Assembly (NCBI GenBank): GCA_021162845.1
Contig: JAGGXX010000007.1
Coordinates: forward strand, 11,361-75,360
Length of the DNA: 64,000 nt
Reading direction: 5' to 3'
Origin: Thermoprotei archaeon
GTDB taxonomy: Archaea > Thermoproteota > Thermoprotei > QMSL01 > B3-G16
Below, in pieces: positions 9,540-19,830 of this stretch. Under the pieces are notes generated by a model, which was not told the origin of the DNA, made no database searches, and was given only the letters and a program-made list of their open reading frames with translations. Positions within the stretch are counted from its first letter, which is position 1. Each line of letters starts with the position of its first letter. The position numbers and the translations under genes are program-made.

Positions 9540-10675
9540 AGATAGCCCTTGGAGGTCGCCTTTAATAGCTTATCTATCGCCTTAAGTCCTATTCCCGTGA
9601 GGGGCATGTAGACCTCTTCCCCTTTTTCTATAACCCCTTCATTCAATCCCCTCCTTAAGGCTGCTAGTACAGTCGCTGATGTAGGCTCTACGAAGAGGCC
9701 CATCCTAGCTAACTCCTTAAAGGCCATGAGTATTTCCTTGTTGTTAACTATTATCACATCGCCTTTAGTCTCCCTTATGGCCTTCACTACTTGCTCCAGC
9801 CTTGGGGGCTTAGGTACTGCTATGCCATCCGCGAGTATGAGCTCCGGTACGGGTCGCCCGTACTCGCCATACATAGCATCGTAGACCGGAGTAAAGCCCT
9901 CCGCTTGAACTGCCATGAGCCGGGGCATCCGATCCACTAACCCTAACCCCAGCATCTCCTTAAACCCCTTGAACATCCCTAGGAATAGGCCACCACTGCC
10001 CACGGGTATGAGGACGAGGTCCGGTGTCCCTCCCCTCTGTTCGACGTACTCGTAGGCTACAGTCTTGAGTCCTTCTAAGAAGAAGGGGTTCCATGTATGA
10101 CCAGCGTAATAGGCTTTTTCAGCTTCCTTCATCGCGGCGACACCGACCTGAGCCCTCGAACCCTTAACAGGTACGAGCTCGGCTCCATATGACGCTATCT
10201 GTAGCTTCTTCCCCTCTGGGGCATCAGCTGGAACAAAGACCTTACATTTTATCCCAGCCACTGCGGAGTACGCGGCCATGGCTGCGCCAGCGTTCCCCGA
10301 TGAGTCCTCTACTATTTCCTTCACCCCTATCCCCAGGAGGTGAGTCACTAGGACACTTGCCCCTCGATCCTTAAAGGAGCCCGTTGGATTAAGGTAATCC
10401 AATTTTAAGGTGACGTGTACCCCATCTACTTCCCTGACTATCACTGGTGTGTACCCCTCTCCGAGGGTGACTATCCTCGCCTTAGGGGGTATGGGCAAGA
10501 GTTCCCTATACCTCCACATGCTCGCTTCACGCCCTTTTAATAGCCTGAAATCAACCTCTAGATCCTTAAGTTCAAGGATCACATCAAGCGGCTTCCCACA
10601 TTCACATCTCCATATCCTTGAACTGAGGTCGTAGCTCCTACCGCAATATACACACCTCAACTTAAATCGAGTCAT
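9536..10675 (-). CDS. thrC: threonine synthase (PLP fold type II)
   Basis: N-terminal Cys motif, LGEG.TP, NPTGSFKDRG, SSGNAG, PVGSG, VEPTSA, TG.GLK. Confidence 0.85.
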   Translation of the reverse strand: MTRFKLRCVYCGRSYDLSSRIWRCECGKPLDVILELKDLEVDFRLLKGREASMWRYRELLPIPPKARIVTLGEGYTPVIVREVDGVHVTLKLDYLNPTGSFKDRGASVLVTHLLGIGVKEIVEDSSGNAGAAMAAYSAVAGIKCKVFVPADAPEGKKLQIASYGAELVPVKGSRAQVGVAAMKEAEKAYYAGHTWNPFFLEGLKTVAYEYVEQRGGTPDLVLIPVGSGGLFLGMFKGFKEMLGLGLVDRMPRLMAVQAEGFTPVYDAMYGEYGRPVPELILADGIAVPKPPRLEQVVKAIRETKGDVIIVNNKEILMAFKELARMGLFVEPTSATVLAALRRGLNEGVIEKGEEVYMPLTGIGLKAIDKLLKATSKGYL

Positions 10676-10751
10676 GTGATACCCCTAGCTATGTGTGATT
10701 TGAAGCCTTTTATACTATGATCCGATAGTGGAGTCCATCAGGTGAAGCGGT

Positions 10752-11852
10752 TTGGAGGAAAGGCCTAGGGCAAGGGATATAGGCCTAATCATAGGGAGCT
10801 TAAGGCCTGGTCCGCTTAATGCCATCACGGATGTGGAGGGAGTCAAAGTAGGGCACGTATCCCTCATAAAGGGCTCGGGTGAGCTCGTGCCAGGTAAAGG
10901 CCCCGTGAGGACTGGCATTACGGTGATATTACCCCATCCTGGTAACCTCTTCAAGGAAAAGGTGCGCGCCGCTTGTTATGTGATAAACGGTTTCGGTAAG
11001 CCTATAGGCCTAGCACAGGTAAGCGAGTTAGGCCTAATAGAGACCCCCATAGCCCTCACTAATACGCTAAACGTGGGCATCGTAGCAGATGCCCTGATAG
11101 AGTACATGCTGAATCTAAATGAGGACATAGGAGTTACAACTGGTACCGTGAACCCGGTCGTTCTCGAATGTAATGATGGTTTCCTGAACGATATCCGTGG
11201 CCGTCATGTCAAGCATGAACACGTGTTTGAGGCCCTATCCAAAGCTAAGGGAGGATCGGTGGAGGAGGGATGCGTAGGCGCTGGCACTGGCATGTCGGCG
11301 TTCGAGTTCAAGGGAGGTATAGGCACGGCCTCTAGGCGCATCCCAGCTAAACTCGGTGGCTTTACGGTCGGAGTGCTTGTACTGACTAATTTCGGCAAGA
11401 GGGAGGACTTGCTTATAATGGGTGTACCAGTGGGTAGGGAGCTCAGGGATTACGGAAGATCCTCTACGAATATGGAGGGCTCGATAGTCGTCATAATAGC
11501 GACCGATGCCCCCTTGACTAGTAGGCAACTGAGTCGTCTCTGCAAGCGAGCCACACATGGCATAGCTAGGACAGGTGGCATGTCATCTCATGGTAGTGGA
11601 GATTTCGTAATAGCCTTTACAACGAAGAACAAAGTCCCCCATTACTGTGCTCCCATGTTGCACGATATCAAGGTTTTGAGGGAGGAGGTTCTCTCATCCC
11701 TCTTCCGGGCTGTCATAGAGGCCGTTGAGGAGGCTATAATAAACTCCCTATTAAGAGCTACGACCATGGTCGGACGGGACGGACACGTGAGGCATGCGAT
11801 CCCGATAGATCGCTTAATCGAGATCATGAAGCGCTACAGGAGGATCAGCTAG
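10752..11852 (+). CDS. dmpA: P1/S58-family peptidase (DmpA L-aminopeptidase/D-esterase-like)
   Basis: NAITDV.GV.VGH, RTG.T.I.P, NGFGK, ECND, GAGTG, GS cleavage site (EGSIVVIIATDAP), SGD. Confidence 0.88.
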   Translation: MEERPRARDIGLIIGSLRPGPLNAITDVEGVKVGHVSLIKGSGELVPGKGPVRTGITVILPHPGNLFKEKVRAACYVINGFGKPIGLAQVSELGLIETPIALTNTLNVGIVADALIEYMLNLNEDIGVTTGTVNPVVLECNDGFLNDIRGRHVKHEHVFEALSKAKGGSVEEGCVGAGTGMSAFEFKGGIGTASRRIPAKLGGFTVGVLVLTNFGKREDLLIMGVPVGRELRDYGRSSTNMEGSIVVIIATDAPLTSRQLSRLCKRATHGIARTGGMSSHGSGDFVIAFTTKNKVPHYCAPMLHDIKVLREEVLSSLFRAVIEAVEEAIINSLLRATTMVGRDGHVRHAIPIDRLIEIMKRYRRIS

Positions 11853-11906
11853 GGATCAGCCTTATATCATGTGATCCTAAATACGAGGATAGAAGGGATA
11901 TGCCTC

Positions 11907-13028
11907 ATGAAGAGGGGCATCATAAACCCCGAGCTAAAGCTTAACGCTAGAGAGCGCTTCTTACGGATTTTCAACTTCGAAGAAGTAGACCATGTGCCTG
12001 ATGTCGAGTTCGGCTATTGGAAGGACACGCTCAGGCGGTGGCATGAAGAAGGGCTACCAAGATGGGTTAACGACAACGACGTAGCGGACGTCTATTTCGG
12101 CTTTGAGGCCTGGTATAGCCATAAAGTTCCCATTCATATCCCGTTCAAGGAGTTCGAGGTCGAGGTATTATGGGAGGATGACAGGAGGATCGTGGTGAGG
12201 GAAGCCAATGGCATAGTATGCATGAAGTTTAAGGAAGGAGAGGGGACATCCATACCTAAATACATAGAATTCCCCGTTAAGGACTGGGAGACGTGGGAGG
12301 AGTATAAGGAAAGGTTCGACCTGGATGGCATACGATATCCTGCGAACTGGGATGAGCTTAAAGAGGAGTATAAGCTAAGGGATTATCCGTTAGGTGTGGA
12401 CGCAGGGGGCTTCTTTGGATGGGCTAGAAACCTCATGGGGTTGGAGAGGCTATTGATGACCTTCTATAGGGACCCGGATCTGATACGCGACATGTTTGAA
12501 TTCAGAACGCGAATGATGCTTAAGGCAATAGAGAAGGCAGTAAGGGAAGTGAAACTGGACTATGCTAGCTGGTGGGAGGACATGTGCTATAGAAGCGGGC
12601 CGATGCTCTCGCCAAGGCTCTTCAGGGAATTCATGGTGCCATACTATAAGCGCATAACCTCCTTCCTAAGGGATCACGGAGTACGGATCAACATAGTCGA
12701 TAGCGATGGTAACATAAACGAGTTGGTCCCATTATGGCTTGAGGCTGGCATCAACTGCTTCTTCCCGCTCGAGCGGAGAGCAGGCGTAGATCCCATAGCC
12801 TTACGGGAGAAATACGGTAGAGAAGCCCTCCTAATGGGAGGCGTAGATAAGTTCGCCCTCATATATGGGAGAAAGGCGATCGACGAAGAGTTGGAGAGGT
12901 TGAGGCCGCTCATAGAGGAAGGCGGCTACATACCACATGTAGATCACAGAGTCCCCCCAGACGTCCCCTTGAAGAACTATCTGTACTACCTCAAGGTGAA
13001 GCGCAGGATAATAGGCCTATCCACTTAG
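11907..13028 (+). CDS. uroporphyrinogen-decarboxylase-like (URO-D/MtaA-CmuA fold) protein
   Basis: R.LMG.E, WEDM.Y..GP..SP..FREF, DSDG, L.GGVDK, GGYIP..DH.VPPDV; start placed at ATG 11907. Confidence 0.8.
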   Translation: MKRGIINPELKLNARERFLRIFNFEEVDHVPDVEFGYWKDTLRRWHEEGLPRWVNDNDVADVYFGFEAWYSHKVPIHIPFKEFEVEVLWEDDRRIVVREANGIVCMKFKEGEGTSIPKYIEFPVKDWETWEEYKERFDLDGIRYPANWDELKEEYKLRDYPLGVDAGGFFGWARNLMGLERLLMTFYRDPDLIRDMFEFRTRMMLKAIEKAVREVKLDYASWWEDMCYRSGPMLSPRLFREFMVPYYKRITSFLRDHGVRINIVDSDGNINELVPLWLEAGINCFFPLERRAGVDPIALREKYGREALLMGGVDKFALIYGRKAIDEELERLRPLIEEGGYIPHVDHRVPPDVPLKNYLYYLKVKRRIIGLST

Positions 13029-13078
13029 CGATCGAAAAGCTTATATTTAAATGTCCTTTTATCCCTAACCCCGAAGAG

Positions 13079-14026
13079 GTGACTCTGATTGCGAAAACCG
13101 TTTGGCTACTAATTTTGGTGGCATTGATTGTCGGAGTCGCCATAGGGTATGGGATCAGCATTCCTGAGAAACAGGCCTTACAAAGCAAGCTTCAGGGGTT
13201 GGAACAAGCTTCTAAACAGGTCTCCCAGATACAGAGTGAACTACAGAAGCTCTCGCAAGAGAACGAGCAGCTTAAGAAACAGGTTAGTGAGCTCCAGAAG
13301 AAGTTAAACCCCAATTATGTGGAGAATATAAAGGCCAGGGGCAAGCTGATAGTCGGTACGAGCGCTGACTGGCCACCTTTCGAATACGTCAATGAGAAAG
13401 GGCAGATAGTCGGCATAGATATTGAGATAGCCAAGAGGATAGCTAAGGAATTAGACGTGGAACTCGAGATAAAGGACATGAAGTTCGCTGCGTTAATAGA
13501 GGCCCTTAAGAACGGGCTCATAGACATGATATTGGCCGATATGACGCCTACTCCCGAAAGGGAGCAGGTGGTCGACTTCTCAATACCTTACTACTTCTCC
13601 AAGGGCAATGCCCTAATCACGTTAAAAGGCAAGGAAGTGAAGTCCGTAGATGAGCTGAAGGGCAAGAAGGTAGGGGTACAACTCGGGACGATACAGGAGG
13701 AATGGGCTAAGGAAAACCTAAAGGATATAGCCGAGGTCGTATCGTATGACAAGGTCTATCCAGACATGGTTATGGTTCTAAAACGCGGTGATGTGGACGC
13801 CATTATAGTAGGCGACAAGATAGGTAATGTCTTAGTCAAGAGGGATCCTGACCTAACCATAGCCATGTACGTTGGAGGTGAACAAGTAGGCGGTGCGGTG
13901 GCCATACCTCAAGGGGCCGAGGATCTGAAGTTCGTCGTTAACAAGGTCATAGACGAACTCATGACCAGCGGAGAGCTTAAGAAGATATTCGACAACGAGA
14001 TTGCCGAATGGTTAGGGATAAGTTAG
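13079..14026 (+). CDS. polar amino-acid ABC transporter substrate-binding protein (membrane anchor + coiled-coil stalk)
   Basis: N-terminal TM, Q-rich heptads, GTSADWPPFEY, G.DI.IA, VGVQLGT. Confidence 0.92.
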   Translation: MTLIAKTVWLLILVALIVGVAIGYGISIPEKQALQSKLQGLEQASKQVSQIQSELQKLSQENEQLKKQVSELQKKLNPNYVENIKARGKLIVGTSADWPPFEYVNEKGQIVGIDIEIAKRIAKELDVELEIKDMKFAALIEALKNGLIDMILADMTPTPEREQVVDFSIPYYFSKGNALITLKGKEVKSVDELKGKKVGVQLGTIQEEWAKENLKDIAEVVSYDKVYPDMVMVLKRGDVDAIIVGDKIGNVLVKRDPDLTIAMYVGGEQVGGAVAIPQGAEDLKFVVNKVIDELMTSGELKKIFDNEIAEWLGIS

Positions 14027-14040
14027 GAAAGGTGCTGATA

Positions 14041-14718
14041 ATGAACAGAGATCCTCTCTTTTTTATAATAAACCTCATCCCTTATCTAGCTGAAGGTCTC
14101 CTGGTAACCCTTCAGGTTAGCGTATTATCCTTCTGTTTCGGTTTAGGTTTGGCAGCTCTTCTCACCTTGATGCGAGTCTTTGGTAGTGCTCCTCTAAGGT
14201 GGATCTCTAGGACGTATGTGGAAGCCTTCAGAGGAACCCCTACGCTAGTACAGCTCCTCCTGATATACTTTGGCCTTCCCTCAGTCGGCGTGAAGTTCGA
14301 CCCCTTGACCGCAGCGATCATAGCTCTGAGCCTGAATAGCGCGGCTTATCAGGCCGAGATCCTAAGATCCGCGATAAAGGCAATCCCGGAGACCCAGTAC
14401 CTATCAGCCGAGTCCCTCGGCATGAGCACGTTTCAGATATACCGGCATGTGATATTGCCCCAAGCCTTAAGGACGGCGATCCCAGCCTTAGTGAACGAAA
14501 TAGTAACGCTGGTAAAGGAGAGCTCGCTAGCCTCTGTGATAGGCGTCGTGGAGCTGACTAGGCGGGGCGAATACATGGTAGCTTATACCTTCCGAGCCCT
14601 TGAGGTTTACATAGCCGTAGCCTTAGTCTACCTTGTAGTCTGTCTTGCTATGTCGCAATTATCGAAGGTAATTGAGGCTAAATTCAGGATACCGGGATAT
14701 GAAAGGGGGAGGATCTGA
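14041..14718 (+). CDS. polar amino-acid ABC transporter permease
   Basis: FRGTP.LVQL, AY.AEI.R, LPQA, K.SSL motifs. Confidence 0.93.
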   Translation: MNRDPLFFIINLIPYLAEGLLVTLQVSVLSFCFGLGLAALLTLMRVFGSAPLRWISRTYVEAFRGTPTLVQLLLIYFGLPSVGVKFDPLTAAIIALSLNSAAYQAEILRSAIKAIPETQYLSAESLGMSTFQIYRHVILPQALRTAIPALVNEIVTLVKESSLASVIGVVELTRRGEYMVAYTFRALEVYIAVALVYLVVCLAMSQLSKVIEAKFRIPGYERGRI

Positions 14719-15479
14719 TGAAGGATGTGTTATTGGTTAAAGATCTATACGTAGGATATGGCGATCAAGAGGTAATACGAGGCATATCCCTCAGGATCAC
14801 CGAAGGGGAAAGAGTCGTCATAATGGGGCCGAGTGGATCCGGGAAGTCAACATTGCTCAAATCCATAGTGAGATTAGTGGAGCCATGGAAAGGCGAAGTA
14901 TACATCAATGGGGTTAACGTACTAAGCGATGAGGTCGATATAAGGAAGATACGACAGATGGTCGGCTTCGTATTCCAGAGCTATAACCTCTTTCCCCACA
15001 TGACCGTATTGAGGAACGTCATGTTGCCCCTAGAGGTAGTCAAGGGGCTACCCAAGGATGAAGCGCTTAAGAAAGCCATAGGGGTTCTAAGGCTTGTAGG
15101 CATGGAAGAGTACAAGGATCGCTATCCCCTACAGTTAAGCGGTGGACAACAGCAGAGAGTCGCCATCGCCAGGGCCTTAGTAATGGATCCTATACTCCTC
15201 CTTCTTGACGAACCTACCTCCGCCCTAGACCCTGAGCTAAGAGAGGAGGTATTGGATGTACTCAGGAATATAGCGGGAAGAGGAATATCCATGCTCATAG
15301 TAACCCACGAACTTGATTTCGCCGAGGACGTAGCAGACCGAATAGTATTCATGGATAACGGTTTCGTCATAGAGGAAGGCCCTCCTCAGGAGCTACTTTA
15401 CAAGCCCAAGATCGATAGAACGCGTAGGTTCCTGAGAACCATAGCGAGGCGCCTCTACGCAGTCAATCGATATCGATAG
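14718..15479 (+). CDS. polar amino-acid ABC transporter ATP-binding protein
   Basis: GPSGSGKST, LSGGQQQR, LLLDEPTSALDPE, VTHE. Confidence 0.95.
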   Translation: MKDVLLVKDLYVGYGDQEVIRGISLRITEGERVVIMGPSGSGKSTLLKSIVRLVEPWKGEVYINGVNVLSDEVDIRKIRQMVGFVFQSYNLFPHMTVLRNVMLPLEVVKGLPKDEALKKAIGVLRLVGMEEYKDRYPLQLSGGQQQRVAIARALVMDPILLLLDEPTSALDPELREEVLDVLRNIAGRGISMLIVTHELDFAEDVADRIVFMDNGFVIEEGPPQELLYKPKIDRTRRFLRTIARRLYAVNRYR

Positions 15480-15499
15480 GGACGACATAACCGAGAAGC

Positions 15500-15810
15500 C
15501 CGACTTCAACCGCGTACCATCAGGCTATCCCCCAAGTGTAAGACCATCTCTAGATTCGCATTCCACTTCCTCGTGATCAGCCTAACCAACTCGTGATCCT
15601 CCCGTGTCCTCTTCTAGAGATCATAGTGAATCGGCACGGCGATTTCTGCCCTTAAATCCACGGCCGCCCTAACGACATCACATGGCGTCATGTAATAGCT
15701 CTCACCTCTCGGATTTCTACTCAAACTAATGAGCGCAACCCACACGCTATTAGCATCCCCCTAAGACCCCTGGAATATACGCTATCCCCACTATGGAATA
15801 CATCGTCCGG
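15500..15810 (-). pseudogene. metallo-beta-lactamase-fold hydrolase remnant (UlaG-like C-terminal half)
   Basis: Manual translation gives VFHSGDSVYS ... (frameshift) ... YYMTPCDVVRAAVDLRAEIAVPIHYDL* with an internal stop. Confidence 0.7.
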
Positions 15811-16155
15811 CAGGATATCGTGTAAGATGTTCTTGTGGTGTATAAACGTCTTCATTTAGATAGTAGAGAGGTTTACTCATGATGAGAACTTAGATGAATA
15901 GGAGGTGACGGAGATCACTGCTATCTGCCATGGGCCTCTAAACCTTTACGCATGAATCCAATAAAAACCCTTATTAAGCGGTCGAGTGCGTTAACAACTC
16001 TTTTTATCTTCAGTCCTGATGGAAGATAAAAATAGACACTCTGGGAGGACCGTGCTGTCTTCATACTAACTTCTCGAGTTCCAGGAGATGCCCTTTGAGA
16101 GCATTTTTGAGCATAGCGCTGTATTTTCTGACAGTGACAATTAACTGATAAGCTT

Positions 16156-16567
16156 TTAAAGTCGGATTCCATTATCGTGCTTGAGAAGTCGTTGTCTCAG
16201 CTCCTCAAGCCTTTTTCTTGCCTTAACTACAGCTTTTCCTGAGATCCCTATACTTCCCGAGCACTTCAAGCGAAGGGAAGTTTATAGCTCCTCTTAGACA
16301 GAGATTAGCACACGTACTACACCCTACCAGGCAATTATACGGACTAGCTACAATAGGTTTCATTTGCTTGAAGTTCCAATCATAAACTACTCTACCGCAA
16401 GTCATGAAGCAGAGATCGTATTCAGTGCACTTCTCGTAATCTACCCGGGGATACCATGGGATCTCCTTCCTTAGCATCCCCCACCATTCCGTATTCGATA
16501 AATCCCTTATTATCCTGCCGAGGGCATCCTTTTCCATAACTTGGCCTTCCTCGTCCATTGAACACAC
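16156..16567 (-). pseudogene. 4Fe-4S dicluster ferredoxin-like protein, probably degenerate
   Basis: IPWYP..DYEKC; first cluster reads CTEYDLC (one Cys missing), second CLVGCSTCANLC; the C-terminal helix (KARKRLEELRQRLL) continues in another frame past the 16223 stop. Confidence 0.6.
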
Positions 16568-16569
16568 TC

Positions 16570-16601
16570 TATGAGGAATTTCTCATATGAAAAATTTCAT
16601 A
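16570..16601. promoter_or_regulatory. tandem ArsR/SmtB-type operator half-site pairs
   Basis: TATGAG-N6-CTCATA (16570-16587) abutting TATGA-N6-TCATA (16586-16601) between divergent ferredoxin and ArsR genes. Confidence 0.6.
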
Positions 16602-16649
16602 ATTAATATATAAGGGTAATAGATGAGTGATATAATCGAGGATTAGCTT

Positions 16650-17045
16650 ATGAATAAGGTCAGTTTAAGGGGAGTCATAAAGTCTCTGGATAAAGAGTCA
16701 TGCAGGGAGGAGCTGTTACAGATATACTTAAGCGATAGAGAAGATGCGTTGAAAATCGTCGATCAAAGGACTATCGACAACATCAGTAAGTTTTTCTCGG
16801 TAATTGCAAACCCACTTAGACTTAAAATCCTGCTGTTTCTCATTCAGAAACCCCTACCAGTATGCCTACTAACTAATCTGCTCAGCGTTGATCAGACTCT
16901 TGTATCTCATCACTTAAGAACGCTGAGGGAGTGCAACCTTGTGAGAGTCGAAGTTAGGGGCAGGTTCAGGTTTTACAGGTATAATGAGCACGAAGCACCT
17001 CAAGAGATAACGTTTTTATTAAGGAATCTCTTAGAGCTGGAGTGA
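16650..17045 (+). CDS. ArsR/SmtB-family transcriptional regulator
   Basis: A.P.RLKIL, PVC.L, Q..VS.HL..LR...LV, G....Y. Confidence 0.9.
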   Translation: MNKVSLRGVIKSLDKESCREELLQIYLSDREDALKIVDQRTIDNISKFFSVIANPLRLKILLFLIQKPLPVCLLTNLLSVDQTLVSHHLRTLRECNLVRVEVRGRFRFYRYNEHEAPQEITFLLRNLLELE

Positions 17046-17090
17046 CCTTGCTGCAGATCTCAGCCCCTAGCATGTAGAATTTATCAAGCA

Positions 17091-17151
17091 GTTCGTCGAA
17101 TCTTATAGATTCATAAGCTATGTATAATACTTTTAACAGATCTATTATCAT
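17091..17151 (-). repeat. diverged 61-bp dispersed repeat, copy 1 (inverted relative to 21130-21190)
   Basis: Manual ungapped alignment 47/61 identical; core GTTAAA.GTATTATACATAGC.TA.GAATCTATA.GATT. Confidence 0.75.
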
Positions 17152-17511
17152 AGCATTCCTACAACGGTTACCAGCAGTCTCTTAGGAGAAGAGGTTTTGA
17201 TGTACAGAGCATCATACCAGAACGTGGGGCATCAGAAGATCCCCTAGCTCCTTCGGGCCTTTAGGGGGGTGCAAGATAAGCCCGTTTCTTAGCTTAATTG
17301 GCCTGTACTAATTCTCGAGTATCGTCATGGATGTCCTTTCTATTGTTGGGTATCGTCGCCTCTTCCTCAAATATCCCGCTGAATCTTTTAGATACCTTTT
17401 ATTCCTTTTATTCATAGATGAAACTTCATCACAAAATTCTTTGTTTTAGTTCCTGATCGCTGACTTTTTTGATAAAGGGATTGTACTTTATTCTGAAGTG
17501 CTAGGCTCTCA

Positions 17512-18525
17512 TCATGGAATAAGTCTTTTAATTATCTTCTCGGCATGTAAATACGCTATAGCTAGCACCGGCTGAACAGCGGGAATTAACGCAGGGGCTA
17601 ACGCCACCGCAGGGCCGAAGCCACAGGCAGCCATGGCTGCTGCAACGCTCTGATTCTTTGTTATCGTGAGGAACATAATAGCTTGGTGCTCCCTGTACCT
17701 GATTTTAAGGAATCTGTTGATCATCAAGCCTATGAGCACTGTGATAAGAACTACGGCGGAGTATGCCCCCACAATCTCTAACGTATTATGAGGCCTCCTA
17801 ACGATCAATACAGCTTTCCTTGAGATTAAAATGAAGATGAGGGTGAGCATCATCAGCACCGTGGTGGCTGAGAGATAAGGTTTAAGCTCTCCACTTATAA
17901 ACGAGGCTCCCCTTCTCCTGATCAGGTAGCGTCGTACCAACTGACCTACGAGCAATGGTACAGCCAACACGGCTAACACAGGCTTCACGAACTCCACTAC
18001 CGGCACGCTTAAAGTCATCATAGAGGCATATACGTAGAGGTAGGCCGGGATCAAGACAATACCTAGGACAACTAGCACGAAGACGTTGGCTGTCGCGAGC
18101 TCTAGATTCCCCTCAGCTAACATTACGTAGCCAAGGGACGCCGCTGAGGCTGGAGCGGTGTTGGACACTAGGAAGCCTAGCTTGATGTCCGGGCTCGATA
18201 TCAAGGCTGATAGGAGGTAAGCCAGTAGGGGGGATAGAGCGTAGGCGTATAGGATTACCATGAGAACGGGCTTAAGTTGCTTCAAAGCGGATCCTAGCTT
18301 CTCCCCCTGGAGGAGGATCATCGAGGGGAATATGGTTGCCGCTGCAAGTACCATCACAGAGTTCTTGAAGATGCCTGAAGGAATCTTGGTGACTGCCGGG
18401 ACTGACAAGCCCACCACCACAGCGACTAGGGCAGTCACTATAGTACATAGTAGCATATACCTCCTGAGGCCCCCAGCCAGCTTCTTAGCGAGGCTCATAG
18501 TCACACCACTTAGAGATCTGGACAC
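17512..18525 (-). CDS. ACR3/bile acid:Na+ symporter-family transporter (arsenic-resistance-like)
   Basis: ~9-10 TM segments; P.M, AP.SA, GN.ELA, PL..GQ..R, KN.S.A motifs. Confidence 0.8.
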   Translation of the reverse strand: MSRSLSGVTMSLAKKLAGGLRRYMLLCTIVTALVAVVVGLSVPAVTKIPSGIFKNSVMVLAAATIFPSMILLQGEKLGSALKQLKPVLMVILYAYALSPLLAYLLSALISSPDIKLGFLVSNTAPASAASLGYVMLAEGNLELATANVFVLVVLGIVLIPAYLYVYASMMTLSVPVVEFVKPVLAVLAVPLLVGQLVRRYLIRRRGASFISGELKPYLSATTVLMMLTLIFILISRKAVLIVRRPHNTLEIVGAYSAVVLITVLIGLMINRFLKIRYREHQAIMFLTITKNQSVAAAMAACGFGPAVALAPALIPAVQPVLAIAYLHAEKIIKRLIP

Positions 18526-18541
18526 TAGGCTATAAAATTTA

Positions 18542-18570
18542 CTGACCAGTCAGATTGACCATATAGTCAG
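18542..18570. promoter_or_regulatory. TetR-type operator(s) in the divergent promoter
   Basis: CTGAC-CA-GTCAG palindrome (18542-18553) followed by related TGAC-N6-GTCA. Confidence 0.6.
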
Positions 18571-18607
18571 GAAGATTTAAATTCATTTAGATTCAAGGTG
18601 TAATCGA

Positions 18608-19141
18608 ATGAAGAGGCGTGGCGACGTTAGGAATAAGATAGTAGAGGCGGCCATGCAGGTGTTCGCAGAGAGGGGCTTCTTTAACGCCACGACTGACGAG
18701 GTGGCTAGGGCAGCTGGTGTCTCGAAGGGCCTGATCTTCTGGTACTTCAGGAGGAAAGATGACCTCATAAAAGAGGTAGCGAAGCGCAGCTTGCCCTTGG
18801 ATATAATATCTGAGTGCTTATGCAGTGGCCTGAAAGGCAGGCAGTTACTGAGGCGGATAGCAGAGGAGTATGTAAGGAAGTATTCATGTGACACGAACAG
18901 GAGCCTCCTCTTCCAAGCCCTATCGATAAGGTCTACGCATCCAACGATAGGGAAGGAAATCTCTGAAGTCTGCAGCACTCTCTTAGATAGAGTTGCTGAA
19001 GAGGTATATGGTAGCGTAGACCTCGATAAGAGAGTGAGGATGAGGATCTTTTTCGGTGCACTACTCTGTTACGCTCTGAGTGGCGTTGAGGAAGTGAATA
19101 GGGACTTCTACATCTCCAAGGTCATAGAGATTGTGATGTAA
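18608..19141 (+). CDS. TetR/AcrR-family transcriptional regulator
   Basis: I..AA..VF.ERGF..AT..EVA..AGVSKG..FWYF..KDDL. Confidence 0.93.
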   Translation: MKRRGDVRNKIVEAAMQVFAERGFFNATTDEVARAAGVSKGLIFWYFRRKDDLIKEVAKRSLPLDIISECLCSGLKGRQLLRRIAEEYVRKYSCDTNRSLLFQALSIRSTHPTIGKEISEVCSTLLDRVAEEVYGSVDLDKRVRMRIFFGALLCYALSGVEEVNRDFYISKVIEIVM

Positions 19142-19329
19142 GACTAGGACGCGACAGCTATCGATTGTATCGAGACGAGCTGGGAAGATTTTACAAAACT
19201 GATTAAGCGCCCCACTCATTAGCGCATGTTGTGATAAGCGCCCTCCTACCGCCCTTAGGCTCATCAATCCATTGTAGTGAAAACTAGATTGACAACCGAG
19301 CCTGATAATAAACTTAGGAGGCTTTAGTA

Positions 19330-19830
19330 TATGTTATGTTGTTCGCGCATCCTGAATTTCGCTTCTCAAAGACATCGTCGAATAACTTCTTATCGATATA
19401 GAATCCTAATCTCAACTAAGCGCCTGTATATAACGCTGGGAGTCTCTACTAAGAGGCCTTCTTCATGCAGTTTCTTAAGAATTGAGAGAGTTCCTATGGT
19501 TTCTAAGCCTAATTCCCTAGCAAGCCTCCTAGCTCTCTTATCATCTAAAACAACTATTTTACTCCTCATTAGAGATAAGAATATAGCTGAGGATTCACTA
19601 AGGCCCAACCTTGGAAATCTCCTCTTAATATATTTTACGCGAATTTTATCCTCATTGATATACCTTGTAAGCTTCTGGTTATACTTCATCTTTTTTCTTC
19701 CTCTAGTACTCCGTCAGGAACCTCTACTTCACTAAATAGATCAAGAGCCTTTCTCTAGTACCCCTAGCTTTGCTAGTATTATGATCGGTGAAGTATTAAG
19801 TACTACCCTTAAAGACTCTTCTGTACGCAT
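19330..19830 (-). pseudogene. DUF3368-type PIN-domain toxin, frameshifted
   Basis: N-terminus VVLNTSPIIILAKLG in one frame; LG.SE..AI.L, VLDD..AR..A..LGL...GTL.IL in another; further frameshift before GFYI. Confidence 0.75.

Noticed and set aside
15879-15925. Possible C/D-box sRNA (ATGATGA start)
   Set aside because: No terminal CTGA D box at a suitable distance; other TGATGA hits in spacers also lacked D boxes.
16001-16032. 11-bp hairpin TTTTTATCTTC-N10-GAAGATAAAAA
   Set aside because: Low-complexity AT-rich stem in a debris region; it may be a terminator or chance, and no other copy was seen.
17152-17340. Possible further PIN-domain remnant (minus-strand YDALYI...LVT)
   Set aside because: Too degraded (multiple stops and frameshifts) to call with confidence.
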